From an uncultured bacterium (GTDB lineage: Bacteria > AUK180): a stretch of 49,726 nt of DNA. The stretch covers positions 62,001-111,726 of the forward strand of contig CALMGJ010000030.1 of assembly GCA_937863565.1 (NCBI GenBank), in the 5' to 3' direction. The stretch's first letter is position 1; each line of letters opens with the position of its first letter. Shown here in pieces: positions 28,886-41,857 of this stretch. The notes under the pieces are model-generated. The model worked only from the letters and a program-made list of their open reading frames with translations, did no database searches and was not told the DNA's origin. Position numbers and translations under genes: made by a program.

Positions 28886-29795
28886 TGCGGATTATCTTGA
28901 AAACCTCTTCGGGCTTGATCGATTTCATACACTGGAAGTTCATTACGGGGCAGATATCGTTCCCGATAGCCGTACACGGGCGGCAGAAAAGGAATTTCTC
29001 CATTATGATATCGGGCTTATTGTAGCGGGAAACGAAGCCGAGACGCGAAGAGGTCGCGCCGAAGATCGCGATCGTAGGTATCTTCATCCCTATGCTTATA
29101 TGCATCCAAAGCGAATCTACAGTAACCATGAGCCGGCTGTTCCGGATGATGAATGCCGATTTGTCGATAGGGAAATCCTCTTTGATATTTATCACTCTTT
29201 CCGAACTTATCTCGAGATCGTTCTCTCCGAGAATGACGATATTGAAATCGGTATTATTGAGTATCAGGTCAACGAGTTCGAGGGCGTAGGGGTAACTTTT
29301 AGTTTTCCATTTGGAGATAAGTGAAAGTGTGACGTAAGGCTCCTTCACATTTATATCGGCGGCCGGCGCGGGCGAAAATTCGAGTTTTTCCAGGTCGAGC
29401 TTGATCTTGGCCGTCTGCTCCACCGCATCTCTGTAGCGTGTGATGACATCGGGATATTTCAGGTAAAGACGCGTATTGACGAATAGCCATCTTTTGAAAT
29501 AGTATTTACGTATCACCTTCTTTCTTATCGTCTTCATCTGCCGGTAAATGGTCTGAGAGGAAACATTCATCTGAAGATCGACGAGATAATCCGTATGAAA
29601 ATCCGAGATGAACTTATCGTCTATATCCTCGATGAAAACGATCCTGTCGATGTCTTTATTGTTGCGTACGACGGGATGCATCTTCTTCTTCGTGATCAGC
29701 GTTGTGTGGAAATTCAGTTTCTTCAGCGCTTTGAAGACCGGCTGTGTAAGGACCACATCGCCGAATGAAGATAATCTAATCAGTGTGATGTCCAA
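28869..29795 (-). CDS. Glycosyltransferase family 9 (LPS heptosyltransferase-like)
   Basis: IRLSSFGDVVLT, VDSLWMHI, IFGAT, CRPCT.IG...CP. Confidence 0.9.
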   Translation of the reverse strand: MDITLIRLSSFGDVVLTQPVFKALKKLNFHTTLITKKKMHPVVRNNKDIDRIVFIEDIDDKFISDFHTDYLVDLQMNVSSQTIYRQMKTIRKKVIRKYYFKRWLFVNTRLYLKYPDVITRYRDAVEQTAKIKLDLEKLEFSPAPAADINVKEPYVTLSLISKWKTKSYPYALELVDLILNNTDFNIVILGENDLEISSERVINIKEDFPIDKSAFIIRNSRLMVTVDSLWMHISIGMKIPTIAIFGATSSRLGFVSRYNKPDIIMEKFLFCRPCTAIGNDICPVMNFQCMKSIKPEEVFKIIRNECNS

Positions 29796-30774
29796 GCTTT
29801 TCCCTCAAAACCCTTAAAAAATTCTCTTCATTATCTATTTTAACACGGATCCTTAAATAAAATAAATTCCCGATGCCGGAATTCCCGAGTTTTACGATAT
29901 CCTTCTCGGTTGTTATTACGGGCAGCCCCTTCGCAAGGGTTTTTATCTTGACAATATCCTTCAACCCGTATCTGTGGTGATCCGGGAAAAAGCATTTCCC
30001 GGCGATCACGATGCCAAGTTCTTCAAGCGTCCCCGTGAAGCCTTCCGGATTCCCGATCCCGCATAAGGCAAGCGCTTTCGGGGGCTTCGCGGCGGCCGCT
30101 CCGTCCCGGCCGACGATGCCTTCCGCAATATATTCAAACCCGAATACGGGTTTCCCGAAAGAAAGCACGCGTTCCCGCTCCCCGGATCTCAAAGCCCCGA
30201 TATTGCGGACAAGGATGATATCAGCCCTCGAAAGTGCGCCGACGGGTTCGCGGAGAATGCCGGAAGGAATGAGAAAGCGGTTGCCGAAAGGCCTTTTACC
30301 GTCCAGAAGTGCGATCGTTGCACCCGGTATCAAAGGAAAGTGCTGCATCGCGTCGTCGCATATTAAAATACTTTCCGATGTCACGGCCGAAAATTCCCGG
30401 ATATTTCCGATCCTGTTGCTGCCGACGAGCACGGCTCCTGCTCCTGAATCCCTCAGATATAAAGCGGTCTCGTCCGAAATGCCGTCCGGTTCGGGTTGGC
30501 CCTTTTTGATAATGCCCCTGAATGTTCCTCCGTAACCACGGGCAAGGATCACCGTTTTTGGAAATAGTTTAGAAAGGTGAAGCGTTACGGGTGTTTTCCC
30601 GGTGCCTCCTGCCGTAATGTTCCCGATGGCAACGGCATTATCGATGCGGTATTTCTTCGTAAGGGATCTTGAGATCTCGAACATGAACCAGTATCCCAAA
30701 GAGAACGGAAGGAGGATCACGCTCAACGCTTTTGCGAAGATCGATTCAGAACATATAAAACCGGCAAGATTCAC
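29776..30774 (-). CDS. lpxK: Tetraacyldisaccharide 4'-kinase
   Basis: IGNITAGGTGKTP, RGYG, DDAMQH, P.G.LREP, GIGNP..F, FPDHH, TTEKD.VKL. Confidence 0.95.
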   Translation of the reverse strand: MNLAGFICSESIFAKALSVILLPFSLGYWFMFEISRSLTKKYRIDNAVAIGNITAGGTGKTPVTLHLSKLFPKTVILARGYGGTFRGIIKKGQPEPDGISDETALYLRDSGAGAVLVGSNRIGNIREFSAVTSESILICDDAMQHFPLIPGATIALLDGKRPFGNRFLIPSGILREPVGALSRADIILVRNIGALRSGERERVLSFGKPVFGFEYIAEGIVGRDGAAAAKPPKALALCGIGNPEGFTGTLEELGIVIAGKCFFPDHHRYGLKDIVKIKTLAKGLPVITTEKDIVKLGNSGIGNLFYLRIRVKIDNEENFLRVLREKLGHHTD

Positions 30775-30948
30775 ATTTCATTATACCAGATTTCACGGAT
30801 AAAATAAAAAAAGCTGTAAGTATTTTGGTTAAGTTATTATCTTCTTGCCTGAAAAATGAAGACCGGGAGAATCGGCGTTCCGGTTTTTAAGGATATCCCG
30901 TAACAAGAATAGATTTGAAAAAAAACGCTTAAACGGTTATAATGAATT

Positions 30949-34134
<3,186 letters not shown>

Positions 34135-34147
34135 AATGTATTTTATT

Positions 34148-35026
34148 TCAAAGTCTTGATTTTTTCAACTTGTATTTAAGAAATTCAACATCGAGGAACA
34201 GTATTTTCTCAAGCAGGAACACTATACTGAGGGGAAGCGGCAGCACAAAAAGGAGGAGCATTATCTTGAACCGGTTCCTTCCGGAATCGTAGAGCTTCTT
34301 TAAAAGATGATCGTAAAGAGGATTGAGTAGAACATCTTCGGTTCCAGGAAAACCCAGAACAGCCATAAGGCGGACATTGAATTTCACGAAAACTCCAAGA
34401 TCGTACTCCCGCGCAAGCGAGAGAATGCTGCTTATTTTTAGCTCGTGCGAAGAGATAAGGAAATGAAGATCGAAGAACCTGTCGAGGCGGGAGAACTGGT
34501 GGGCGAAGTTATGCATGCATAGAAGGATGAAATGACAGCGGGGATCATGGTAGAGTGCCTTCGCGTAAACATCTTTTAAAAACCGTCCCTGTTTTCCCGA
34601 TATATAGCGCGTGAAAAAAGGATCGAAAAAATCGTTTTTCAGTTCTATCGAGAGGTCGCCGGAAGTAACGGCAAGACTGTTATCCTCTCTGCGGAAAAAA
34701 CGGGAAAGATATCTGAAATCTTTCCTGCGCAGAAGAAGGTCGATATCCGAGAATACGCGCATATTCCCCTCGGGGTAGAATTCATTCATGTAGATTCCTT
34801 TGTAATGAATGAAGTTAATTGCGGGGAAATGCCTCTTCAAAGCCGCATAAAGCTCGAACAGGCGTTTTTTAAGGATCGAATAGAAGAACCGTTCCTGTTT
34901 GAACAGTTCGCGGTTCACATTTGGAAATCCGGCTAATCCGTTGAGGCGAATGAATTCGGGCGCATTTCCGCAGGGAGAGCCTTCGAAATAAGAGCGTATG
35001 AAAAGCCGGGATTCTTCAGTCCTCAT
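34148..35026 (-). CDS. Uncharacterised nucleotidyltransferase family protein (NTP_transf_5-like); start uncertain
   Basis: YKG...Y....R.FSDIDLL motif and C-terminal H...H....L....DL pattern. Confidence 0.72.
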   Translation of the reverse strand: MRTEESRLFIRSYFEGSPCGNAPEFIRLNGLAGFPNVNRELFKQERFFYSILKKRLFELYAALKRHFPAINFIHYKGIYMNEFYPEGNMRVFSDIDLLLRRKDFRYLSRFFRREDNSLAVTSGDLSIELKNDFFDPFFTRYISGKQGRFLKDVYAKALYHDPRCHFILLCMHNFAHQFSRLDRFFDLHFLISSHELKISSILSLAREYDLGVFVKFNVRLMAVLGFPGTEDVLLNPLYDHLLKKLYDSGRNRFKIMLLLFVLPLPLSIVFLLEKILFLDVEFLKYKLKKSRL

Positions 35027-35630
35027 AAATGAATCTGCGGCCTTCCACCTTCCAGGATACATTGAGTATCAAGTTCAGCGCTTTGGCGTATAATTCATGC
35101 TCTATTTTCAGGATCCTGGCCGATACCTCTTCAGCGCTCGCGCATCCTTCGATAGAACAGGCGTGCTGGAGAATGATAGGTCCTCCATCAAGTGTGTCAT
35201 CCACGATATGAACAGTGGCGCCGCTTATCTTCACGCCGTGTTCGAAGGCCTGTTTCTGGGCGTCAAGTCCCGGGAAGGAAGGAAGAAGCGCAGGATGGAT
35301 ATTCACGATGACACCCTTGAAAGCCTTAATGAAATCCGCAGGTAAAACGCGCATGAAACCGGCAAGAACTACCAAAGAGATATGTTCTCTTCCGAGTATC
35401 GCAAGAAGAGAGTCCCGTCCTGCCGTATTGAAAGGAAAAGCTCCGCATTCCTTGCCGAATGCAGCCGCGTGCTCGAGGCCGGGAGCAATCTTTTTATCGG
35501 AATAAACATAACGGATCCGCCCTTTCAATGTTCCGTCCTTCTCTTTCTCGAGAAGTTTCAGCAGATTACTGCCTCTTCCGGAGATGAAAACGGCGATATC
35601 AGGGGATCTTATATTTTCTGAGGACATCAT
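35016..35630 (-). CDS. purN: Phosphoribosylglycinamide formyltransferase
   Basis: ISGRGSNL, LAGFMRVL, NIHPALLPSFPG, GATVH.V...LDGGPII, EH..Y. Confidence 0.97.
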   Translation of the reverse strand: MMSSENIRSPDIAVFISGRGSNLLKLLEKEKDGTLKGRIRYVYSDKKIAPGLEHAAAFGKECGAFPFNTAGRDSLLAILGREHISLVVLAGFMRVLPADFIKAFKGVIVNIHPALLPSFPGLDAQKQAFEHGVKISGATVHIVDDTLDGGPIILQHACSIEGCASAEEVSARILKIEHELYAKALNLILNVSWKVEGRRFIYED

Positions 35631-36063
35631 GATTATTTATCCTTATCTTTCTTAAACTTTCATTGTCTGCGGCAGTGCTTTGTTCAAGGCGCTCAAGGCT
35701 TGTATATCTTATGAATTGCAGGATCGCCGATTCTTCCTTGTTCGAAGCCGAGGGGATCAGTCCTTCCGCCATGGCCAGCGCCGATTCCCACCATCCGAGT
35801 TTCAGGTAGTTCAGTGCCATGAAAAGCTTCGCCGTGAAATAGTTCGGAGTTTCTGAAACGGTTCTTTCCAGGATCACCAGTGACCCGAGATGGTCACCGG
35901 CCATATAGGCTATAACAGCGCTCTCCATCTCCGGATCGTCCGGATACGAGGGGGTGTTATCGATCTGATTTATGCCAGCGGCGCAGGAAAAAAGTAATAT
36001 CAGCGCGATCCAGACAAGATTATAATTTTTTAAGTTCTTTACCGGGAATAAATCTGATAACAC
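35599..36063 (-). CDS. TPR-like lipoprotein
   Basis: Lipobox LFSC and TPR-like helices; start codon uncertain. Confidence 0.65.
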   Translation of the reverse strand: MLSDLFPVKNLKNYNLVWIALILLFSCAAGINQIDNTPSYPDDPEMESAVIAYMAGDHLGSLVILERTVSETPNYFTAKLFMALNYLKLGWWESALAMAEGLIPSASNKEESAILQFIRYTSLERLEQSTAADNESLRKIRINNHDVLRKYKIP

Positions 36064-36289
36064 GCTGTTTTGGTATCGTGATCATCTTTCCGGAACCCGG
36101 ATGCTTTCTTCTCATCGCTTCTCTGTTCTTCACGATAAAGCTTCCAAGCCCTCTCAACTGAATGTTCCTTTTACCGTTGATAAGAGTCTGAGCCATTTCC
36201 TCTATGATAACATCGGCGATCTGCTTGCCCTGAACATTGGTGATCTTGAGTATCTGAGCCAGTTTCTCCGCAAGTTCGTTCTTAGTCAT
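36020..36289 (-). CDS. HU/IHF family DNA-binding protein
   Basis: MTKNEL, LRGLGSF, R..R..KHP.SG, RFIPGKELK. Confidence 0.95.
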   Translation of the reverse strand: MTKNELAEKLAQILKITNVQGKQIADVIIEEMAQTLINGKRNIQLRGLGSFIVKNREAMRRKHPGSGKMITIPKQRVIRFIPGKELKKL

Positions 36290-36303
36290 ATCGTCCTCCG
36301 TTT

Positions 36304-37047
36304 TTATTGTTTAATGAAATTCCGCAGAAGCTCTATCGGGAGAGGGAATATTATCGTAGAATTCTTCTCCGCCGATATCTGAGTGAGCGTCTGCAGATAC
36401 CGAAGCTGTATGGCATTGGGATCGGATGAAAGCGTTTTTGCAGCTTCCACCAGATTCTTGCTCGCCTGCACTTCGCCTTCGGAATGGATTATCTTCGCGC
36501 GCCTCTCCCTTTCCGCTTCCGCCTGATAGGCCATGGCCCTTCTCATCGTTTCGGGAAGTTCCACCGCCTTCACCTCAACGAGGGAGACCTTGATGCCCCA
36601 CGGGTCCGTCTGCTCGTCAAGGATCTTCTGAAGGTCCTTGTTCAACCTTTCCCTCTCGGAAAGGAGCTGATCGAGCTGAACCTGGCCGAGGACGCTTCTT
36701 AAAGTGGTCTGCGCCAGCTGAGAAGTTGCATATTTATAGTTTTCGACCTCGACGATCGCTTTATTGGGGTCAATGACCCTGAAATATACAACGGCGTTTA
36801 CGCTTGCGGATACATTATCGTTCGTGATTATATCCTGAGGCGGAACATCGAGGACTATCGTTCTGAGGGATACTATCTTTATCTGGTCGATAATGGGCCA
36901 TATCCAGAAAAGTCCCGGGCCTTTAGGTTTTGACGTCAATCTGCCGAGACGGAAAACTATGGCCCTTTCATATTCGCGTATGATCTTAATAGCAGAGAAA
37001 AGAAAAACGATGCCAGCGATTATCGCTATCCAAAGAAGCGGTGACAT
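36304..37047 (-). CDS. SPFH/slipin (stomatin-like) protein
   Basis: [50 protein letters not shown]. Confidence 0.95.
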   Translation of the reverse strand: MSPLLWIAIIAGIVFLFSAIKIIREYERAIVFRLGRLTSKPKGPGLFWIWPIIDQIKIVSLRTIVLDVPPQDIITNDNVSASVNAVVYFRVIDPNKAIVEVENYKYATSQLAQTTLRSVLGQVQLDQLLSERERLNKDLQKILDEQTDPWGIKVSLVEVKAVELPETMRRAMAYQAEAERERRAKIIHSEGEVQASKNLVEAAKTLSSDPNAIQLRYLQTLTQISAEKNSTIIFPLPIELLRNFIKQ

Positions 37048-37048
37048 A

Positions 37049-37330
37049 TTAACCTCCTATAACGAGTAGAACGAGATTATCTTCAAGGGCTTCGATCACA
37101 ACGATGCTGCCTTCGGCGATCTCTCCGGAACATCTGGCCTCCCATATTTCACCTTTCAGAAAGACCTTACCGGCAGATGAACTGATAGCCGTAACGGCGC
37201 GCGCCTTCTCTCCAATAAGCCCTTCCATACCTGTTCCGGGTTTCTTGGATTGTAGAAGAAGGGCGATCGTGAGCCCTGCAATCATAAGTACTGCGACAAC
37301 AAGAAAAATCAGTATTGCTAGAATGTCCAT
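37049..37330 (-). CDS. Short NfeD family protein (OB fold); start reassigned to ATG 37330
   Basis: TG.EGLIG....V.......GKV...GEIW.A; canonical partner of the SPFH gene; upstream promoter TTGACT-N17-TACAAT (37377-37349). Confidence 0.88.
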   Translation of the reverse strand: MDILAILIFLVVAVLMIAGLTIALLLQSKKPGTGMEGLIGEKARAVTAISSSAGKVFLKGEIWEARCSGEIAEGSIVVIEALEDNLVLLVIGG

Positions 37331-37486
37331 ATTCTCATACCCGTAAATATTGTAATTCAAAATTGATTCCAAGTCAAGCGTTTTTTTAACGGTCCCGATC
37401 TTATCGACACACATCCGGCACGCACTTTATTATGTCATTAAGAAAACGGTATATAGATAATGTCGCTAAAATATTAATAAAAACTA

Positions 37487-37515
37487 TTGACATTATACTG
37501 ACAATATGCTATAAT
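37487..37515 (+). promoter_or_regulatory. Consensus sigma70 promoter of the MerR-family gene
   Basis: TTGACA-N17-TATAAT with extended TG. Confidence 0.85.
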
Positions 37516-37533
37516 ATCATCAAAGAGGTGAAA

Positions 37534-38106
37534 ATGGAACGGAAAAAGAAAGCGGATGAAAAGAATAAAACGGATGAGAAGGTGAAGAAAATGCGGATAG
37601 AGAGAAGCGTGCTAGAACAACTCGAAAAGGCTTCGGTAATAAGCTCTTCCGGCGAGTATACAAACGCTGACCTCGATACATTGAAGGCATACAGGAAACT
37701 TAAAAGGATGGGCTACGAAGAATCCAGCATTATGAAGATACTGAAGAGCATCGGCGCTCCGAAAGAGGAGGATTTCGAATTGAATCCCAATTACATTAAG
37801 TTAAATTCCTTAAGTATCAAAATATCCGTTCCCGAAAGGACCATTAAGTTCTATGAAAGACAGGGACTTATCCCCAAACCGGTGATTTACAAGAATAAAA
37901 GGTATTATCAAAGATCGGTCATGAAGGACCTTAAAATGATAAAAGCGCTGCAGCAGGTCGGATATAAGCTAAACGAGATCAATACAGCCCTTAAGAAAGC
38001 GGTCAGACCCGATTCGAAGGGTGAGCTGGCGCGTCTTAAGCAGGAACTTACGGAGAAGAGAAAAGTGATCGATGAGCTCATTGCGATCTTGGAGAACGGC
38101 AAATGA
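37534..38106 (+). CDS. MerR family transcriptional regulator, possibly with a degenerate second N-terminal MerR module; start reassigned to ATG 37534
   Basis: RTIKFYERQGLI.......KRYY......LKMIKALQQVGYKLNEI; GAGGTG RBS downstream of the promoter. Confidence 0.85.
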   Translation: MERKKKADEKNKTDEKVKKMRIERSVLEQLEKASVISSSGEYTNADLDTLKAYRKLKRMGYEESSIMKILKSIGAPKEEDFELNPNYIKLNSLSIKISVPERTIKFYERQGLIPKPVIYKNKRYYQRSVMKDLKMIKALQQVGYKLNEINTALKKAVRPDSKGELARLKQELTEKRKVIDELIAILENGK

Positions 38107-38810
38107 AAGAAGGAAAGATCTTTTTCATCGGCGATTCGATAACGAGGGGCATTGTTCGGGAGAATTCCGCCTACCGCGTGATACCGGATTCTTTCGTAAC
38201 CCGTTTCGGCGAACTCGTGAAAACGGAGATAATCAATCTCGGACAATTCGGCAACAATTCGCGTCGGATACTTGAACGTCTTGAAAGATTCGGCATCACG
38301 GCAGGCGATATCGTGTTCCTGCAGATCGGCGGCAATGACTGCGATTTCAACTGGGATATAATAAGCCGGGAACCGGAAGGCGATTTCGATCCCTCCGTTC
38401 CGAAAGAAGATTTCGGGAAAAATCTCAGCGCTATTTTCGAATATTTGCTTCGGCGCGGCATCAATACGGCCGCCATAAATATGCCGCCGCTCCATCCGGA
38501 GAAATATTTCGATTTCATATCGCACGGCCGGAGCCCCGATAATATCCTGAAGTGGCTGAGATCGAAGGGAAGGATTTACTCGCATCACGAGACCTTCAAC
38601 AAGATCCTCGAGGAAACGGCCATTTCTTTCGGCATCGGCATCGTGGATATCAGACGCAGGATTCTCCTTTCGGATAATTACGAGGAGCTCGTCTGCGAGG
38701 ACGGCATACATCCCAACGCGGCAGGTCATGAGGTCATTTATAAGGAGATCCTGCGCTTCATCATAGGGAAGACCTTCGGGCCTCGCGGCCGGGCCCATAT
38801 GCTTGCATGA
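38103..38810 (+). CDS. SGNH/GDSL hydrolase
   Basis: FIGDSIT, GGND and DGIHPN..GH blocks. Confidence 0.93.
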   Translation: MKEGKIFFIGDSITRGIVRENSAYRVIPDSFVTRFGELVKTEIINLGQFGNNSRRILERLERFGITAGDIVFLQIGGNDCDFNWDIISREPEGDFDPSVPKEDFGKNLSAIFEYLLRRGINTAAINMPPLHPEKYFDFISHGRSPDNILKWLRSKGRIYSHHETFNKILEETAISFGIGIVDIRRRILLSDNYEELVCEDGIHPNAAGHEVIYKEILRFIIGKTFGPRGRAHMLA

Positions 38811-39802
38811 GCGGAATGAATATTTCAACGGCAACACGCGAGGATATCTCCGGGGTCTGGAACGAGCGCTGGGGTGGCGAACCTATCGTAATCTCCGGCG
38901 AATGTATCCGGGTGCCTGAGGTGTACGGATATAAAATCTCAGAAGGAAGAAAACTCCTGGGCCTCATAACCGTCAGGGAATCGGCGCATTATCTTGAAAT
39001 AGTATCGCTCGACAGTTTTTCCGAGAACAAGGGCATCGGGAGTGCGCTTATAGAGAAGGCGGCAGAACGCGCTTTGGAAACAGATAAAAAGAGAGTAGTG
39101 CTCACAACGACAAATGACAATACGAAAGCGCTCGGATTCTATCAAAGGCAGGGGTTCGTCATCTCTTCCTTCAAAAAGAACGGAGCGGCAAGATCCCGCC
39201 GGCTTAAACCCTCAATACCTCTTTGGGGCGATCTCAATATCCCCATCAGGGATGAGATCGGACTTGAACTTCTGCTGAAAAAGGGTCGCACCGGACTTAA
39301 AAAGGGGAAAGTTGAAATTTTGAGTTACGATCCGGGATGGCGCATTTCATTCATCCAGGAGAAGATACAGATCGCTTCTGCGCTGGGGAGATATTGCTGC
39401 TGTATCGAGCATATCGGAAGCACGTCCGTCCCGGGAATGGAAGCAAAACCGGTCATCGATATCCTCATCGGCGCGGGAAGTTCTGCAAACATCGGCTGTA
39501 TCGTGAAAATTCTTGAAGACCGGGGATACGAACATTCACCGGGAGCGAGCACAAGGGAACGGGTCTTCCTGAAACGCACCGTGAAAGACCTTTCCTTATG
39601 CCACCTTCATATCGTGAAATTCGGATCGAAAGAGTGGAATAAACATATCCTGTTCAGGAATATCTTAAGAAGGAATGAAGAGGCATTTGCGAAGTATCTC
39701 CGGATAAAGCGCTCCTTAGCCGAAAACTTCCGCGTTAACAGAGAGAAATACACGGAAGCCAAATCGGAGATCATCGGCAATATTCTTAAGAGGGGCCTTT
39801 AA
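38807..39802 (+). CDS. GNAT acetyltransferase fused to a GrpB (UPF0157) domain
   Basis: N-terminal KGIGSALI...TTNDN..AL.FYQRQGF; C-terminal IEHIGSTSVPG..AKPVIDI, HLHI, LFRN.LR, YTEAK. Confidence 0.88.
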   Translation: MSGMNISTATREDISGVWNERWGGEPIVISGECIRVPEVYGYKISEGRKLLGLITVRESAHYLEIVSLDSFSENKGIGSALIEKAAERALETDKKRVVLTTTNDNTKALGFYQRQGFVISSFKKNGAARSRRLKPSIPLWGDLNIPIRDEIGLELLLKKGRTGLKKGKVEILSYDPGWRISFIQEKIQIASALGRYCCCIEHIGSTSVPGMEAKPVIDILIGAGSSANIGCIVKILEDRGYEHSPGASTRERVFLKRTVKDLSLCHLHIVKFGSKEWNKHILFRNILRRNEEAFAKYLRIKRSLAENFRVNREKYTEAKSEIIGNILKRGL

Positions 39803-39815
39803 GCCCCGCCTTTTT
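39788..39815 (+). terminator. Possible intrinsic terminator
   Basis: GGGGC-ctttaa-GCCCC followed by gccTTTTT, spanning the stop codon; short stem. Confidence 0.35.
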
Positions 39816-39862
39816 GGGAAATTCATTTTTTTAGTTTATAATACGGAAAAGGGAGGGATATC

Positions 39863-40648
39863 ATGAAAAAGAAAAACCCTACGTCTCAATTTGCCGTGAG
39901 AAAACGGATCTTGGACGGCCTTGAGACAGCTTTTTCCGGGATGAAATGCGTCCATGCGATGTGGCAGGGAGGCGCGGCCGCCTTCGGAAGAGTCGACGCA
40001 TGGTCCGATATAGACCTCGTTCTGGATGTCGACGACGGGAAATTCGGCAAGGTGTTCTCGGCAGCAGAGAGTGTGCTCAATAGATTGCACGGCATCGAGA
40101 GAACTGATGAATACCCCGTTCAGATCGTTCCGGGCGCATACCAGAAGACCTACCGCCTGAAAAAGGTCACGCCCTTTCTTATAATAGAGATCTGTTTGGT
40201 TCCGCATTCTTCAAAATCGAAACTTACGGAAAGAGAGATACACGGGAATATCATCGTTCACTTCGATCGCTCGGGCGTAACAATCCCTCCACGGCAGGAT
40301 AAAAAGGCTTTGAAGGCGCTTCTTACAGAAAAAAAGGAACGTTTGATCAATATGCATGAGATGTACGGCATCCTTGTCGAGAAAGAGTTGAACAGAGGCA
40401 ATTTCGTGGAAGCGTTGGCTTTCTACAACGGCTACAGTCTGGGCATCCTTCTGGACCTTCTGCGGATGCGATACTGTCCTGCGAGACATAATTTTAGAAC
40501 AAGATATTTTTATTACGATCTGCCTGCGAGGATCGCACAGAAATTGGAAAGATTGTACTTCGTAAAGGATGCCGCAGATCTGGCGCGGAAACATCGGATC
40601 GCAAGAAAATGGTTTAAAGAGATTTCGGAGACGATTACCGTTAAATGA
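39863..40648 (+). CDS. Pol-beta-type nucleotidyltransferase with helical C-terminal domain (antibiotic-NTase-like architecture)
   Basis: AMWQGGAAAFGRVDAWSDIDL motif; own TATAAT and GGAGG. Confidence 0.75.
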   Translation: MKKKNPTSQFAVRKRILDGLETAFSGMKCVHAMWQGGAAAFGRVDAWSDIDLVLDVDDGKFGKVFSAAESVLNRLHGIERTDEYPVQIVPGAYQKTYRLKKVTPFLIIEICLVPHSSKSKLTEREIHGNIIVHFDRSGVTIPPRQDKKALKALLTEKKERLINMHEMYGILVEKELNRGNFVEALAFYNGYSLGILLDLLRMRYCPARHNFRTRYFYYDLPARIAQKLERLYFVKDAADLARKHRIARKWFKEISETITVK

Positions 40649-41811
40649 GAAATAGTGCCGGCCTCGGACGGTATTTGCTGCGTGCATTACTCTGCAAAGC
40701 GGACATTGAGAATCTTGTCGGGAATAACACCGAGGCTTTGAAAACTGCGGATGCCGCGCTTTCCAATGCGAAGACCGCGGGAAAGGGTTCCCGTGCCGAG
40801 GCCTTGCTCCTTATGTCCAATATCCATTCTTCGCTCGGGGAATACGGACATATGCTGAAATGCGTCACAAGAGCGTTAAAACTGTACAAGGACATCGGAG
40901 ACAAGCTGAAAAGTGCGGACTGCCTTAGGATCATGGCCAATGTGCAGCACGAAAGGGGATATCCGGCAGAAGCGGAGGGACTGTTCAGGCGTTCGCTCGA
41001 ATTGAGCGCCGGAAAAAAGGACAGGGTGAGAAAGGCACTGGCCCTTTCGGGAATAGCATTGCTTAATAGTATGGGCGGCGAGAATAAGAAAGCGCTGAAG
41101 ATCCTTTTCAGAGCGCTTAGGATATTCGAGGAGCAGAACGATCCCGTGAATGCGGCAAGATGCCTTAACAATATCGCCTTCACTTATGACGCATCGGGAG
41201 ATACGGACAATGCTCTCACATATTACAGGATGTCGCTTGAAGCAAGGATGAAGACGGGTGACAATGAAGGTCAGGCCGTGTGTCTTAACAATATGGGCAT
41301 ACTGTATTTTCAAAAAGGAAATCATAAAAAAGCAATGGAGTATTACGGCAGAGTGCTGGAGATAAGGGACCGCATCGGAGATAAGATAGGATATGCGGTC
41401 ACCCTCAACTGCATAGGATATATGAAATTGGCGGAAGGGGATATAAAAAACGCCTTCATTTACTTGTCCAGATCGCTTGAACTTTCCCGGAAAACAGGGG
41501 ACATTTCAAATTCGGCATCCGCGCTGAACAATCTTGGCCTTCTTCTTATGGAAAAGAAGGATATCAAAAGAGCTTTCGGGTATTTCGATAAAGCCCTCAG
41601 GCTTTTTGAAAGATTGAGCGATCTGAGGAACATCTCGACCGTACTTTACAACAAGGCCCGCGCCAGAATGAGAGAAGACCGCTTACCGGCTGCACTCAAG
41701 TACGTGAGAAAGGCGCTGGCCGTCAACAGAAAACTTAAAGATCCCGAAGCAGTGAAAAAAACGCTTAAGGACATAGAAACGCTGAAGCGGAAGATCTGCG
41801 GAGAGAATTGA
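40645..41811 (+). CDS. TPR-repeat protein
   Basis: Repeated units of about 40 aa: A.CLNNIG..Y...G....AL.YY..SL. Confidence 0.9.
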   Translation: MRNSAGLGRYLLRALLCKADIENLVGNNTEALKTADAALSNAKTAGKGSRAEALLLMSNIHSSLGEYGHMLKCVTRALKLYKDIGDKLKSADCLRIMANVQHERGYPAEAEGLFRRSLELSAGKKDRVRKALALSGIALLNSMGGENKKALKILFRALRIFEEQNDPVNAARCLNNIAFTYDASGDTDNALTYYRMSLEARMKTGDNEGQAVCLNNMGILYFQKGNHKKAMEYYGRVLEIRDRIGDKIGYAVTLNCIGYMKLAEGDIKNAFIYLSRSLELSRKTGDISNSASALNNLGLLLMEKKDIKRAFGYFDKALRLFERLSDLRNISTVLYNKARARMREDRLPAALKYVRKALAVNRKLKDPEAVKKTLKDIETLKRKICGEN

Positions 41812-41857
41812 TTCCCTCCGGATTTTCGGTTATAATTATCAATATGAGGAGGGCATT

